A stretch of 64,000 nt of DNA from Octopus sinensis (lineage: Eukaryota), in contig NC_043017.1 of assembly GCF_006345805.1 (NCBI RefSeq), positions 17,856,001 to 17,920,000 of the forward strand, written 5' to 3'. Below are positions 38,668 to 51,890 of the stretch, piece after piece. Made by a program: the position numbers and the translations under genes. Below the pieces are notes generated by a model that saw only the letters and a list, made by a program, of their open reading frames with translations, searched no databases and was not told the DNA's origin. Each line of letters begins with the position of its first letter. Position 1 is the first letter of the stretch.

Positions 38668-40083
38668 TGTTCCCAGACTAGTCATGTTTAATAAAAATTA
38701 ACTTATTTAGCTAAGTTTTAACATCATCTCCTTCAAAATAGTCACAAAGCTATACGCTGGTCTCAGCGCCTCAGCCACTTTTGGAATCTGGTCTGGAGGT
38801 CATTTTCCATAAGTGAGTTTAAGACCAACAGCGATTCATTCTGCATCTCGACAACAGTGTTAAAATGACTACCTTTGAGCTGTCTTGTCATCTTGGGGAA
38901 GAGATGGAAGTCCACAGATGCTAAATCTGGTGAATAGGGTGGGTGCAGAAGTGATACCATGTTTTTGGTGAAAAACTCATGAGTGAAGAAGGCTCGGTGA
39001 CAGGACGCATTGTCACTGTGAAGAATCTAATTCTTCATACTCCTCAGGACCGGTCGCTTTTGCCAAATGTCTACTCTCAAATGCTCAAAAACCTCACAGT
39101 AGATCTGTCGATTGACAGTCTGGCCCTGGGTGACAAATTCTCAATGCACAATACTGTGGATATTGAAAAAAAACAAAAAACAATGAGCATGCTCTTGATT
39201 GAGCTATGGGCTCTGTCGTGACTTCTTCAGTCATGGAGATGAAGTACTTTTCCATTATGATGACTGCTTTGTCTCAGGGTCATACTCATAAACCCAGCTC
39301 TCATCACTGGTGATAATCCTCAACATGAAGGATAGGTCATCAGTGGCACGCTGATGGAGATCTTGACAGACTTCAATACAAATGTTCTTTCTGCTCAGTG
39401 GTCAGCTGGCAGGGGACAAACTTAGCAGAGACATGCTGCATGCTCAATTCAGACATTAGGGTTGCCTGTATGGACCCAAGTGACAGGCCAATAACATCAG
39501 CAATTTTATTGAGTGACCTCTGATGACCCTCATGCACAAGCTGGTGAATTTTCCCTGAAAGATGATGAGCGGTCTGGAAATCTTGCCAGAAGTGTCATCC
39601 CCAGAAATCATCATTATCATCACCATCATCATCATTTAACATCCATTGTCCATCCTGGCATGATGATGGTGATTTCTGGGAGTGACATTTGTGGCAGGTC
39701 TTCCAGATTGTGCATCATCTTCCAGGGATGTTCTTCCGCTTTTGAAGCACCCATGCCACTTGGAACTTTGCATACAACGCATTGCCTCATCACCATATCC
39801 TTGCTGAAGCATGCTCAATGTCTCTGTACCAGATTTCCTAACTGAAAAATTTCACGTTGGGTCTTTATTCCAACTTCCCGTCCATGACAAAATTTGCAGA
39901 CTACGGCATACATGTGATCACAAAAACACAGATTTCACAACTTGCAAAGTAAACACAGTGATGTCACTCAGTACACTGCCTCTTGAAGGTCACTGCTAGC
40001 TCACAACTGTGCATGCAACTGTGTGCTGACATCTGTTGGCATGCTACAGAACTAGTCCAGGAACTTTTTGATACCATCTCGTA
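38668..40083 (-). mobile_element. Mariner transposon, near full length, degenerate
   Basis: TIR TACGAGATGGTATCAAAAAGTTCCTGGACTAG and peptides HPPYSPDLASVDFHLFPKM and FKSGRTSLEDD.QSGRP. Same family as 62203-63353. Confidence 0.9.
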
Positions 40084-40453
40084 TGTATGTAACTACCATC
40101 ATTGCTTTAACATATGCTTTTCTATGTTTGCACGAGTTGGACAGAATTTTTGTTGAGGTGGATTTTCAGTAATCAGATGCCCCTCCTATCTCCAACCCTC
40201 ACCTGTTTGCAAGCAAGGTGGTATTTCCCCATGACCAGACAGGCTTTCACAGAATATTGGGAACAAACGACACCATTTGCACGATGGTGTCACTTGGTGC
40301 CACACACAGCTAAGTAACACACACTCATCCGATTTCAAGCTACCATGTAGCTGTCATATAATTGTTTCTCCCCCACTCCACTCTCTCTATCTGCCAAATA
40401 ATGAGGTACCCCTTTACTGCCTATAAATAAAATATTCCTGCTATTTCACAAAA

Positions 40454-40950
40454 TCATCATCATCATCATTGTTCGACCTTGGTCGAGACAATGGAATTTA
40501 CCATGCTATGCCAGACTTCACAGTCCATCGTGGCATTACGGAGGTCCTGTTGCTGGATGCCTGTAACCCTGGAGATTACATCAGGGTAGGTGAGTGTGCG
40601 CCCTCTGGTATTGCGAGTAAATGGCTTCCAGGGAAGAAGAGTAGAAATTGCTTCGTTTTCAGCTCTACAACAATGTCCAACAAACTGGACTCTCCTACCT
40701 TTCACAAGAGATGACACAGGTGGTAGTTTCCCATATATTTGCCTTTTGGTTGGATGATGCTTCCACGAGAGATTTTGAGCTCTCATAAGGAGGCGAGTGT
40801 AGGTTCCATCCAACCGCCCTTCAAGCTTCTTTGATAACGTCCAGGTTTCTGAGCCATATAGTAGAATTGGTTCAACTGTGGCTTTGAAGATTTCAAGTTT
40901 GAAGTCTCTACTTAGATTTGATGACCAGATCTTATGCATGTCATTACTTG
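40454..40950 (-). mobile_element. 5'-truncated RTE-superclade LINE 3' end
   Basis: Open frame FKATVEPILLYGSETWTL...RRVQFVGHC...* followed by a (TGA)n tail. TSD ATTTCACAAAA on both sides. Confidence 0.9.
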
Positions 40951-41216
40951 ATTTCACAAAAAAGTATTTAATTTGTATGGAAATAATATAGGAAAGGAAG
41001 AAAATTGTTAGTCTTGTCAGGAACACTGCAACCTCTCAAGTGCCACAACAAACTGCACCCAATACATTCTTTAAAATAAGTTGGTGATAGAAAAGGCATC
41101 CCACTGTAGAAATCATGTTAAAAAATGGAACATACGAGATGTGGTCCCTGCATCATGGACAAGGGAAGTAACTCTAGATAAGAACTGACTTGATATGTGA
41201 CAACCCATTCAACACA

Positions 41217-41453
41217 TACCTATTTCTTTACTACCCACAAGGGGCTAAACACAGAGAGGAAAAACAAGGACAGACAAAAGGATTAAGTCGATTATATCGA
41301 CCCCAGTGCGTAATTGGTACTTATTTAATCGACCCCATAAGGATGAAAGGCAAAGTCGACCTCAGCGGAATTTGAACTCAGAACGTAGCGGCAGACGAAA
41401 TACCGCTAAGAATTTCGCCCGGCGTGCTAACGTTTCTGCCAGCTCGCCGCCTT
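41217..41453 (-). mobile_element. SINE family B, full length
   Basis: Flanking direct repeat ATTCAACACATACC. Confidence 0.9.
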
Positions 41454-42227
41454 AATTCAACACATACCAGTGCACACACACACATACACACATTTATGTA
41501 TTAGGTGCTGATATTGGTGTTTGAATATGGAACTTGCTTCATAACTAATGGGTTTCAGGTTCCATTCCATGTCTTTACATGCCACTATCTGACGAAAACA
41601 GTGATGTGTTTACATCCCTTGAAAGTAATGCATCCTGTAGCTCTACACTTTCAAAGACCAGTAGAATAAAAAGTCACTGACTTAAAAATCACGTAAGGGT
41701 TAGCAGCAGGAAGAGCATCCTTCCACTGAAGACTGCTTGGAATATGTCTTGGTCTAACTCATGCTAGCAATGGAAAAAATGGATACAGAATGAATATATG
41801 AACAAACAAACAAACAAGAAAGAGAGAGGGGGGGGCTATATATTGATGAATAAACATGAAGATCTGTTTGGAAAGAGTGAAAGAAAGAGAGAGAGATTAA
41901 GAGACAGTTAAGAAGTGGGGGAGAGATTTATAGAGATACAGGTACAGGAAGATATTCGCACAGATGTAGACATGCAAAGATATATGGTGTGTGTGTATGG
42001 AGACTGAGAGAGAGAGATTATTTAGTTCAATGTTACTTTACTGTCGAGATTATTTTCATGTTGAACTATTCTGCCAGTTTTGGCAATATTTCTTGATATT
42101 AAGGTTTGTTGTTGTTGATAGTGATTTTTTTCTTGTTATTTTTATTTTTTTCGTTTTCAGTATGTTGTTATTGTTTCTGATATAAAATGTCAGATTATTT
42201 TCTATGATTTCAGATGTGCGTGTCTAC

Positions 42228-42322
42228 GTGTGTATATACATATGTATGTATGTATATATATGTATGTATGTATATATGTATGTATATATATGTATGTATG
42301 TATGTATGTATATATATGTATG

Positions 42323-42354
<32 letters not shown>

Positions 42355-42518
42355 TATGTGTGTATGTATGTATATATATATATATATGTATATATATATG
42401 TATATATGTATGTATGTATATATATATATATGTGTGTGTGTGTGTATGTATGTATATATATATGTATATATATATATATATATATGTGCATGTGTGTATG
42501 TATCTATGTATGTATGTA

Positions 42519-42577
<59 letters not shown>
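42228..42577. repeat. Compound (TATG)n/(TA)n microsatellite
   Basis: Direct reading. Confidence 0.95.
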
Positions 42578-42578
<1 letters not shown>

Positions 42579-43629
42579 CTTTTCATAGGAAGCCCCACAT
42601 AATTCTCGTCTTCCATCCACCTAACTGGCAAACATGTACATACACACATGCATATATGCATGCATACATACATGCTGACTAAACATGGACACATGCACAC
42701 TCACTGACTTGTAAACATACACACACACACAATGTACTCTCTTAGATAATCAAGCCCTCAGACACTCACTCACTCACTCACTCACATAGACTAACATATT
42801 CACTCAGCTACATCTGTTAATGTGTGTGAGAATGTATGTGTATAGGTGAGTGCATGTTTTTTAGCATAGAATCGTAACCAGTCACCTATGCACACATATT
42901 ACAACTTACATGCAGATAGACGCACTGCTAATATCATCCTCATCATCATGCATTTATTTCCTCATACTTAGTAAGGTTGGCTAGGTCTTCTCCAGTACAG
43001 AGTGTCATAATTTATTACAATCCTTTGTCGTCTCCTTCATGACATTTAGTTTCCTGAGATTAACCTTCACCGTTTCTTGCCATGTCTACCTTAGTTTTCC
43101 GGTTTTCCTCATCTTATGCCAGTTCCTTCTTCTTGAATCATGTGCTACTTCTTTACCAAACATCATATTTCTATACCAACTCAGTCTTCAACACCTGATT
43201 CTTCTTGCACTTAGACTCTCTCCCCGCTCTCTCTGTGCTTATTTGGGTCTTGTTCCTTTACATCAAGAGGACCATTCTTGCTCCCTTTCTCCCCAGTCTT
43301 TTCATGCTCTCCACATACAAGGGCCAGACAGGTTTTCACAGAATATTGGGAACAAACGACACCATTTGCACGATGGTGTCACTTGGTGCCACATGCAGCT
43401 AAGCAACACACACTCATTCGATTTCAAACTACCATGTAGCTGTCATATAATTGTTTCTCTTTTCATGCTCTCCACATTACAAGGGCCATGTAGTTTACCC
43501 TTCACTAAATACAACCAATGGCCCCTTTTGTGCCAGCAACTTTTACCCCCATTCTTGCTTTAGCTACTTTAGAGCTCTCTCTTCCACACCAGTGAATGCT
43601 AGTTATTGTGATTTGCTTTTTGTTTATTG

Positions 43630-43935
43630 CGTTTCATGTTCCTTCTCGAGCCATGCCTGGCTCATAAGGGCTGGTTTCCCGGTTTCCTGGCGTATAGGTT
43701 CTCCACCTGGACAGGACACCGGTCCATTGCAGGTGAGCTGCAAGATGCAGGAGGAAAGAGTGAGAGAAAGTTGTGACAAAAGAGCCAGCAGAATTTGCGC
43801 CATTACCTTCTGCCGGAGCCGCGTGGAGCTTAGGTGTTTTCACTCATAAACACACACATCACCCGGTCTGAGATTCGAACCCGCGATCCCTCGACCACGA
43901 GTCCGCTGCTCTAACCACTAGGCCATGTGCCTCCA
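43630..43935 (-). mobile_element. tRNA-derived SINE family D, tail type 2
   Basis: The reverse complement reads GGAGGCACATGGCCTAGTGGTTAGAGCAGCGGACTCG...GGGTTCGAATCTC. Head and core match 2139-2436, but the 3' half differs. Confidence 0.85.
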
Positions 43936-44366
43936 CATTGTGTTTCATGACCAAAAGGACATCAGTGGGACCTTATCGTAATACAAACTTCAAATGATTC
44001 TTATCTAATTCTCTTCCCAATTAGCTCATCTCTTATGATCACAGAGCAGTTGATGATATTACTACATCGATCATTTAGGATGACTGCTTGCTTTCTCTTT
44101 TCAACATGTGGGCATGTATTGCTGATGTTCCCCACTCTAATTTCCTTAATCACTCTTTCAACTTGCCAATCCCTTTGTAGGTCTACTTGAAGTGGTTGCT
44201 CTCACTCTCTAGGCCATTCTCCACACTCAACAATTTCTCATATTTCCATACCCCTCCTCCTCCTCCTCTTTGGCACCAATGACAGCCACTACCCTACTGT
44301 CATTACTTAAACCCCAACAACACCTTCATTTCACCCTCACTACTTTCCAATCCTCAACACCTCATA

Positions 44367-44600
44367 CCTATTTCTTTATTACCCACAAGGGGCTAAACAT
44401 AGAGGGGACAAACAAGGACAGACATAGGTATTAAGTCGATTACATCGACCCTAGTGCGTAACTGGTACTTATTGAATCGACCCCGAAAGGATGAAAGGCA
44501 AAGTCGACCTTGGCGGAATTTGAACTCAGAACATAGCAGCAGACAAAATACTGCTAAGCATTTCACCTGGCGTGCTAACGATTCTGCCAGCTCGCTGCCC
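44367..44600 (-). mobile_element. SINE family B
   Basis: Reverse complement of the family B sequence. Confidence 0.9.
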
Positions 44601-44896
44601 TCCTGTCCAACATCCTAGTTCTTTCAGCTCCCACACTCCTATGTTACTTAAGCTTTTATTGCTCTATCTACTTTAACTCTTCCACTTTCAATCTTCCAAG
44701 AGCCATTGTCCATCCAAAGACCTGGCCTGTCACTTACAACTGTTTGTTTATTGTCTTATAGAAATTCCCTCTTGTCCACTGTTTTCTCCTCCCCCTCCTT
44801 ATACACATCACCTGCTACCTGACCAGATCTTTCAGCTTCACAAACCTTTTCTCCAGATTGTTTCCAATCTAGTTTTTGACATCATAGCATCTTGTG

Positions 44897-45126
44897 CAGC
44901 CCCTACATCAGCACTATTTGTAAGTAGTGGGGACGGTGGAGGTAATTATACAAAAGGCTTCTATACCATTTTCAGCCCCTACACCAGCACTATTTGTAAG
45001 TAGTGGGGATGGTGGAGGTAATTATACAAAAGACTTCTATACCATTTTCAGCCCCTACACCAGCACTATTTGTAAGTAGTGGGGATGGTGGAGATAATTA
45101 TACAAAAGGCTTCTATACCATTTTCA
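44897..45126. repeat. Tandem repeat, 76-bp unit x3
   Basis: Units start CAGCCCCTACA at 44897, 44973 and 45049 and are nearly identical. Confidence 0.95.
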
Positions 45127-45984
45127 ATTACCAAATTTCACTGACAAGACATTGTTCAATATGAAGCTCTGATAAAAGATTCCTCGCCTAACATGCCACA
45201 CCATGGGATCAAACCCAGAACCCCACATGGTTGGAAAGCAAACTTCTTTACCATACAGCCCATAACCATGCATGTTCCTCCATTAAAACTATGTAATGAA
45301 TCAATATGTCATTTTAGTAGAGTTTCCTGTCTGTGGAATATGGTATATGGCTGCTTGTTGGCAGAGCTTGAAAATGAGAGGGGGTGATCTTGGCAATGGC
45401 TGGTGGTGATGTGATGATGGTAACAGTGGTGATTGTGGAAATGATGGTGAACATGGCAATGACAGTGGTTGTCGGGGAATGTGTTGGACGTAGTACGGTG
45501 GTGGGGGAAAATGTGAGAGAATGATGGTAATAGTCTCTCTTTATCTCTATCACTTTCTCTTTTTGTCTCTCTCTCTCTCTCTTTATCTCTTTTCTTTCCT
45601 CTCTTAAACACATCAACACTACCACCACAACACCAGTGCATACTATACTTTTATGTGGTTCCTTGTCTTCCTATACTTTTATGTGGTTCCACAACTATAC
45701 TTTTATGTGGTTCCTCGTCTTCCTAAAATAGCAACCAAACCAGCCTGCAATTGGATCATGAGCTGACCTCTGCTCTCTTACTGAACAATAAGCTCACTAT
45801 AAGGGTCCCCTACTAGAGCCATTGAGCACTCTATAGTAAGGTGTTATATTATATTAGTTGTGTCACATCACTGAAGACTGGGTTTTCTGGATTCCCTGAT
45901 GTCGTTCCTGACAATTATGTCTGTTAATTTCTATTCCACTACACCCCATCTAGAGCTTGCTTTAAATAAGGTTAGGTTTTAGAT

Positions 45985-46916
45985 CAATGATTCTCAACCA
46001 GGGTTCATATGACCCCTGGGGATCCATTTTGGGTAGGGTCCACACTAGCAAAATAGTAAATTGGGAATCCAGAGCAGTATTTTAAAGGGTCCACAAAGTT
46101 CTGATTTAAATGCATCTACTGCAAGAAACAGAGGTCTTAGATCAATGATTCTCAACCAGGATTCATATGACCCCTGGGGATCCATTTTGGGTAGGGTCCA
46201 CGCTAGCAAAATAGTAAATTGGGAATCCACAGCAGTATTTTAAAGGGTCCACATAAAGTTCTGACTTAAATGCATCTAGTGCAAGGAACAGAGGTCTTAG
46301 ATCAATGATTCTCAACCAGGATTCATATGACCCCTGGGGATCCATTTTGGGTAGGGTCCACGCTAGCAAAATAGTAAATTGGGAATCCACAGCAGTATTT
46401 TAAAGGGTCCACATTAAGTTCTGATTTAAATGCATCTAGTGCAAGGAACAGAGGTCTTAGATCAATGATTCTCAACCAGGATTCATATGACCCCTGGGGA
46501 TCCATTTTGGGTAGGGTCCACGCTAGCAAAATAGTAAATTGGGAATCCACAGCAGTATTTTAAAGGGTCCACATAAAGTTCTGATTTGAATGCATCTACT
46601 GCAACCAACAGCTATATTTTATTGCTCCTTCTACTTTAACTCTTCCACTTTCAATCTTCCAAGAGCCATTGTCCATCCAAAGACCTGGCCTGTCACTTAC
46701 AACTGTTTGTTTGATTGTCTTGTGGAAATTCCGTTGTCCTGGATGCCACTGTTTTCTCTCCCCCCCCTCCTTATACAGCTTGTGTGAATCACAAAATAGG
46801 AATTTTGAAAGCAGCATCTATAAAACTATTTTTTAAACATTGAATTGGCTCTGGGGGGTCCACCAGAATAGAATAGTAATGAAAGGGGTTCATTAGAAAA
46901 TGGTTGAGAATCATTA
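45985..46916. mobile_element. hAT-type MITE with tandemly amplified left end (~160 bp x4)
   Basis: TIRs CAATGATTCTCAACC and GGTTGAGAATCATTA, TSD TTTTAGAT/TCTTAGAT. Units start at 45985, 46143, 46303 and 46463. Confidence 0.85.
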
Positions 46917-48232
46917 TCTTAGATGGAAGGGCCAAGGGTTTACAATAAAAAAATGACATTGCAAATTGGAGGTGGTGGTACTGGGAGTGGTAGATGTACT
47001 GTGGAGTTGTTTGCTATAGTAGATAGTAGTAAAGTAGAAGCTATAGTATAAAGGTGGTGTTGTCGGTAACTGTGATGAGGTGTCAAGTTAATTTAAAACA
47101 TTTCCCCAAACATTGCTCTTTCTCCTCTCTTTGCTACATTCATTATCATTATCTCTGTCTTCACCGACCCCTTGCTATATCAGGCTACGACTCTCCTCCC
47201 TCATATCCTCTAATTTTTCTCTCTCCACCACACTCTGCTTTTATCTCTCTCTATTCCTATTTCTTACCACTCTCCCCCTCTCTATATCTGTCCCTCCCTC
47301 CCTCTCTCTCTCGCTTGCTTGCTCTCCTTTCCTCTCCTCTCTTTTTCTCACATCACATCCAAACTCTCTGCACCACCAACAACAATAACACCATTAGTTG
47401 TTATAGTTCATTACTTCATAAACTCGTTCTATGCTGGAAATCAATATGACCTCTTGGTCCAGATCATACCACTGGCTCCTGGCCAACATCAGCCATTGGT
47501 CATCTTGTCTGATACCAGCTCCTCCACAAACCATATTCAAATGATCAGTTTTATGTGTGTGATTCTGTTAATGTTTGGTCTGGTAACCATTACTTTACTC
47601 TTCAAATTTGCTTTGTTGTTCTCCTCAACTTAGCTCTGCCATCATCATAATCACTATCATCATCATCATCATCATCATCAAAAGCATCACTATCCTTACA
47701 ATCTCTTCCTTCCTCTCATCCTCTCCTCTTCCTTTCTTCTTCATGATAATCATCATCATCATCATCATCACTGTGTTGTTTTAGTTGTCCCTCTACAAGT
47801 TCATTAATGTTGCTTTTCTAATTAAAGTTTTTAGAATGGTTTCATCAGGAATCATCTTGAGATTTGTAGGGGAGAACCTGGCCATTAAGACAGTGCCTCT
47901 GGCAAGTTTGAGAGAGGAGCACATGTATGTGTGTGTGTGTCTATCTATCTATCTATCTATCTATCTATCATCTGTCTGTCTATAGATAGATAGATAGATA
48001 GATAGATAAGCAAGCATCAGTATCATCATCATCGTTTAATGCCCGTTTTCCATGCTGGCATTGGCTCACCAGTTTGACAGGATCTGATAAGTCACAGAGC
48101 TGTGTCAGGTGGATGCTTTTCATAATGCCAGCCATTGTAAACAATATATTCCTTTTGTAGGGTAATAATGCTATAGAGAACATCCACAAGTGGCAAGTAG
48201 CAGAACATATATATATATATATATATATATAA

Positions 48233-48690
48233 TCATCATTATCATCATCGTTTAATTTCTGTTTTCCATGCTAGCAAGGGTTGGACGGTTTGACCGGGGT
48301 CTGGGAAGCCAGGAGGCTGCACCAGGCTCCAGTTTGATCTGGCAGTGTTTCTACTGCTGGATGCCCTTCCTAACGCCAACCACTCTGTGAGTGTAGTGGG
48401 TGCTTTTTACGTGCCACTGGCACAGGTGCCAGAGGAAGCTGGCATCGGCCACGTCCGGATGGTGCTTTTTATGTGTCACCGGCACGGGTATCACAACTAC
48501 AATTTCCATTTGATTTTGATGTTGATGTACTTGACTCAATAGGTCTCCTCAAGCAAAGCAGGTCACCCCACGATCCAAGGTAAGCACAGCAGGCTGTCCT
48601 GCAATCCAAGGTACTTTGGATGGGCTGGGGTTGCTATGTGATACTGGTGCAGGAAACAGCCATGAACTCACGTTATTTGTCGGGTCTTTG
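48233..48690 (-). mobile_element. Family C retroposon, long form
   Basis: (CAT)n tail, conserved block, modules and a variant 5' extension. Confidence 0.8.
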
Positions 48691-49127
48691 CAAATATGGC
48701 TAATGCAGCTTTACGAGGTGTGCTGACATTGGTATATTTTCGTTATGGTTTAGGTATTTTGGCGATGATTCTTTTTCAAAGGTGTTTGTCAAAAATTGAG
48801 CGCAATGTTGTGCATAGTTTGTTCAAATTTTGACAAACCTTCTCTGTAGATTGTCTTCTCTGTTCAATTTCAGTTTCTTCTCGGGTGCAATAATCTAATC
48901 CATCGATTTTGTTAGTTAAACTAAATAAATTTGAGTTAATTTCTTTTAATTCCTTCAATATGTCCTAGCTGGTAATTTTATCTGATGTATTTGTGGTAGG
49001 TTTCGGCAGCATTTTCCATTAAATAGTAGTAACAGAAAGGGATGCATTTTGATTATCCCCATGTGGTGAGTTGCAATCTATATAAAAAAATTAAAGAAGG
49101 AAAATGCACACACTTTACATAGTTTTA

Positions 49128-49184
<57 letters not shown>

Positions 49185-49194
49185 CTCTCTCTCT

Positions 49195-49398
49195 CACTCT
49201 TTTACTTGTTTCAGTCATTTAACTGCAGCCATGCTGAAGCACTACCTTTAGTCGAGCAAATTGACCCCAGGACTTATTCTTTGTAAGCCTAGGCTTTGGT
49301 CGACCCGAGGCTATAGTAGAAGACACTTGCCCAAAGTGCCACACAGTGGGACTGAACCCAGAACCATGTGGTTGGTAAGCAAGCTACTTACCACACAC
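49195..49398 (-). mobile_element. SINE family A, internally deleted
   Basis: The tail is joined to the head at AAGCCTAGGCTTTGG. Confidence 0.8.
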
Positions 49399-49412
49399 GC
49401 CGCCGCTCTGTG

Positions 49413-49461
<49 letters not shown>

Positions 49462-50096
49462 TATATATATTATATATTATATATATATTATATATATTCA
49501 CTTACATATTGATACGGAATATAAACATAACTTTAAATAGTAAAACTGTAATACCTGTAAAATAGATTTTAATATTGGCTACAGATATTTTGAAAGGTGT
49601 CTACGTATATTGGTGGTACATGTAATAGGTACATAGTATCACACTTTCTTTCATATTTGATGGTTCTAATATGTTTAAATATTGACCATGTACATTAAAG
49701 ACATATTCAAGTCACTATAATAGTAGTACCTAACCATGTGTGCAATTATATTCGTGTGGTTCTTTAATGGAATTGAACACTGACTGCACATGCACAAATC
49801 TGGCTGTATTTGTTCTTCTATAAAATTAAATGATCTTGGTTTGTTTAGTGAAAGAAATTTTTAGCATTCACACAAGGTAACTCCCTTGTTGCAGTGTATT
49901 TTATATTGGAGTCCAGCCATGGGATCCTGACTCCTCCTTTCTCCCCAATATACCAATATAGAGTCCTAGATATATAAAAAGACCAGATGGTCATAGCCAG
50001 AATACCTTTGATTATAGGTCTGCTCAAACACAGTTGACCTGGAGGTAGGTAACCTTAACAACAACACTGGACTCTTAACATTTTTTTTATAGGGTA

Positions 50097-50495
50097 CTAG
50101 CAGTATCGCCCGGCGTTGCTCGGGTTTGTAAGGGAAATAATTATATAAGCATTTTTAGAGAGTTATAGCAAAAAAATAGCAAAAAAAATGCATTAGAAAT
50201 GGGAAAAAAATGATGGTAAATTTTTTTTTAAATCGTTGACTCATCGTAGACATTTTTAGAGAGTTACTTCCCTTATATAATAGCAAATAAATGCATTAAA
50301 ATGGAAAAAAATGATGGTAAATTTTTTTTTAAATCGTAGACTCATCGTAGACGCGCACTAATACCCAGAAGGGCTCGATATGAATCACAACTATAAGATA
50401 CCCGGTTTTGGTTAAACTGCACCGCAAAATGTGGGAGTAGTTAGGAATCTAAATCGTAGGAGACAGACACACAACCTTACTTTTATATATAAAGA
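50097..50495 (-). mobile_element. Non-autonomous Helitron
   Basis: The minus strand reads A|TC...CTAG|T with subterminal hairpin CCCGAGCAACGCCGGG and no TSD. A second copy lies at 56692-57093. Confidence 0.85.
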
Positions 50496-51102
50496 TATTT
50501 CTGACAACTGTCATTTTCCCTCTCTTTCTCTCTCTCTCTCTCTCTCACACACACATAAATTTTGCTAATTCAGATTAATTAAGGAAAAAAAAATTACTTG
50601 ATAATGTTTCTTTTATCCTTTACAATTTATTATGACCTGAGATGTAATGAGAGTGACTTCCAGTGGCTGTAAAATCTAAATGTCCAATGCCTGATTTTGT
50701 CTGGTAGAATTTAGGTATTTTTAGATATTTACAAAACAGTAGCGAAAGCATTGAATGAGGAGAAGAGCAGCAGAGAAAGCAGTGAATGAAGAGAGAAATA
50801 ACCAGAGAGAGAGAGAGAGCACTGAATGGAGAGCGAAGCAGCAAAGCCAGTAAATAAACTGTATTGTTATAAAAATAACAATGAGGTATCACTGAATGGT
50901 TAAGTGGAACTGATGATGGTGATGGTAGTTGTTGTTGTTGTTGTTAAGGTTAGCTGTGTTGGAGGTGGACTTGTCCAAAGTGTCTAAGGTTGTATTATTA
51001 GTATCACATGTGAACTAAAAGACTTGTCATAGTTACCGAGGTGGAATTACTGGGGGTCTGCTACATGGATTCAGCGTCATAGGTATACTCTCTCTCTCTC
51101 TC

Positions 51103-51506
51103 TCTTACTCTTTTACTTGTTTCAGTCATTTGACTGTGGCCATGCTGGAGCACCGCCTTTAATCGAGCAACTGAACCCCAGGACTTATTCTTTTGTAAGC
51201 CCAGTACTTATTCTATCGGTCTCTTTTGCCGAACCGCTAAGCAACGGGGACATAAACACACCAGCATCGGTTGTCAAGCAATGCTAGGGGGGCAAACACA
51301 GACACACAAACACACACACGCATGTGTATATATATATATATACGATGGGCTTCTTTCAGTTTCCATCTACGAAATCCACTCACGAGGCTTTGGTCGACCC
51401 GAGGCTATAGTAGAAGACACTTTCCCAAGGTGCCACGCAGTGGGACTGAACCCGGAACCATGTGGTTGGTAAGCAAGCTACTTACCACACAGCCACTCCT
51501 GCGCCT
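51103..51506 (-). mobile_element. SINE family A, full length
   Basis: Reverse complement of the family A head, core and tail. Confidence 0.9.
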
Positions 51507-51721
51507 ATACTAGAGCAATATTTCTCAAAATGGGCTCCAAGAAAGCCCAGAATTTCCTGAAAAAATGTTGAAGTTCCACAAAATGAGATATGTTTTAATA
51601 AAATTTGAATAAAAATTTTGATTTACGAAAAAAATGATTTTCATTATCTCAAAGTAATTATTAAATGAACATGGACTTCATTTTATAACTCATTCATGAA
51701 CACACAAAGTAATATTATAAT

Positions 51722-51890
51722 GTGTACTTCATGATAGCATGCACCTCATGACAGCATGTACCTCGTGACAGTATGTACCTCATGACACCATGTACCTCAT
51801 GACACCATGTACCTCATGACAGCATGTACCTCATGACACCATGTACCTCATGACACCATGTACCTCTTGACACCATGTACCTCATGACAT
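51722..51890. repeat. Minisatellite, 17-bp unit (CATGTACCTCATGACAC), about 10 copies
   Basis: Direct reading; divergence increases toward the left end. Confidence 0.95.

Noticed and set aside
40466-41026. 186-aa ORF as a host gene
   Set aside because: It is a LINE ORF2 C-terminus with a tail and TSD. Its N-terminal part is read-through from flanking DNA.
43855-43935. tRNA-like sequence
   Set aside because: It continues into a SINE core and tail, and I could not find a proper acceptor stem or terminator. It is a SINE head, as at 2139.
45985-46600. Repeated ~160-bp units and repeated 75-aa ORFs suggesting a CRISPR array or tandem genes
   Set aside because: The units are nearly identical with no unique spacers, and they are explained by MITE end amplification.
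48776-48958. Coiled-coil-like 60-aa ORF
   Set aside because: It may be a LINE ORF1 relic, but it has no diagnostic motif or convincing splice signals.
50700-50890. GA-rich segment as an alternative promoter or first exon
   Set aside because: Only a weak donor (GAG|GTATCA) is present, so it cannot be supported from sequence alone.
51722-51890. Short regular repeat resembling CRISPR
   Set aside because: It is a head-to-tail 17-bp minisatellite with no spacers, in a eukaryotic context with no cas genes.
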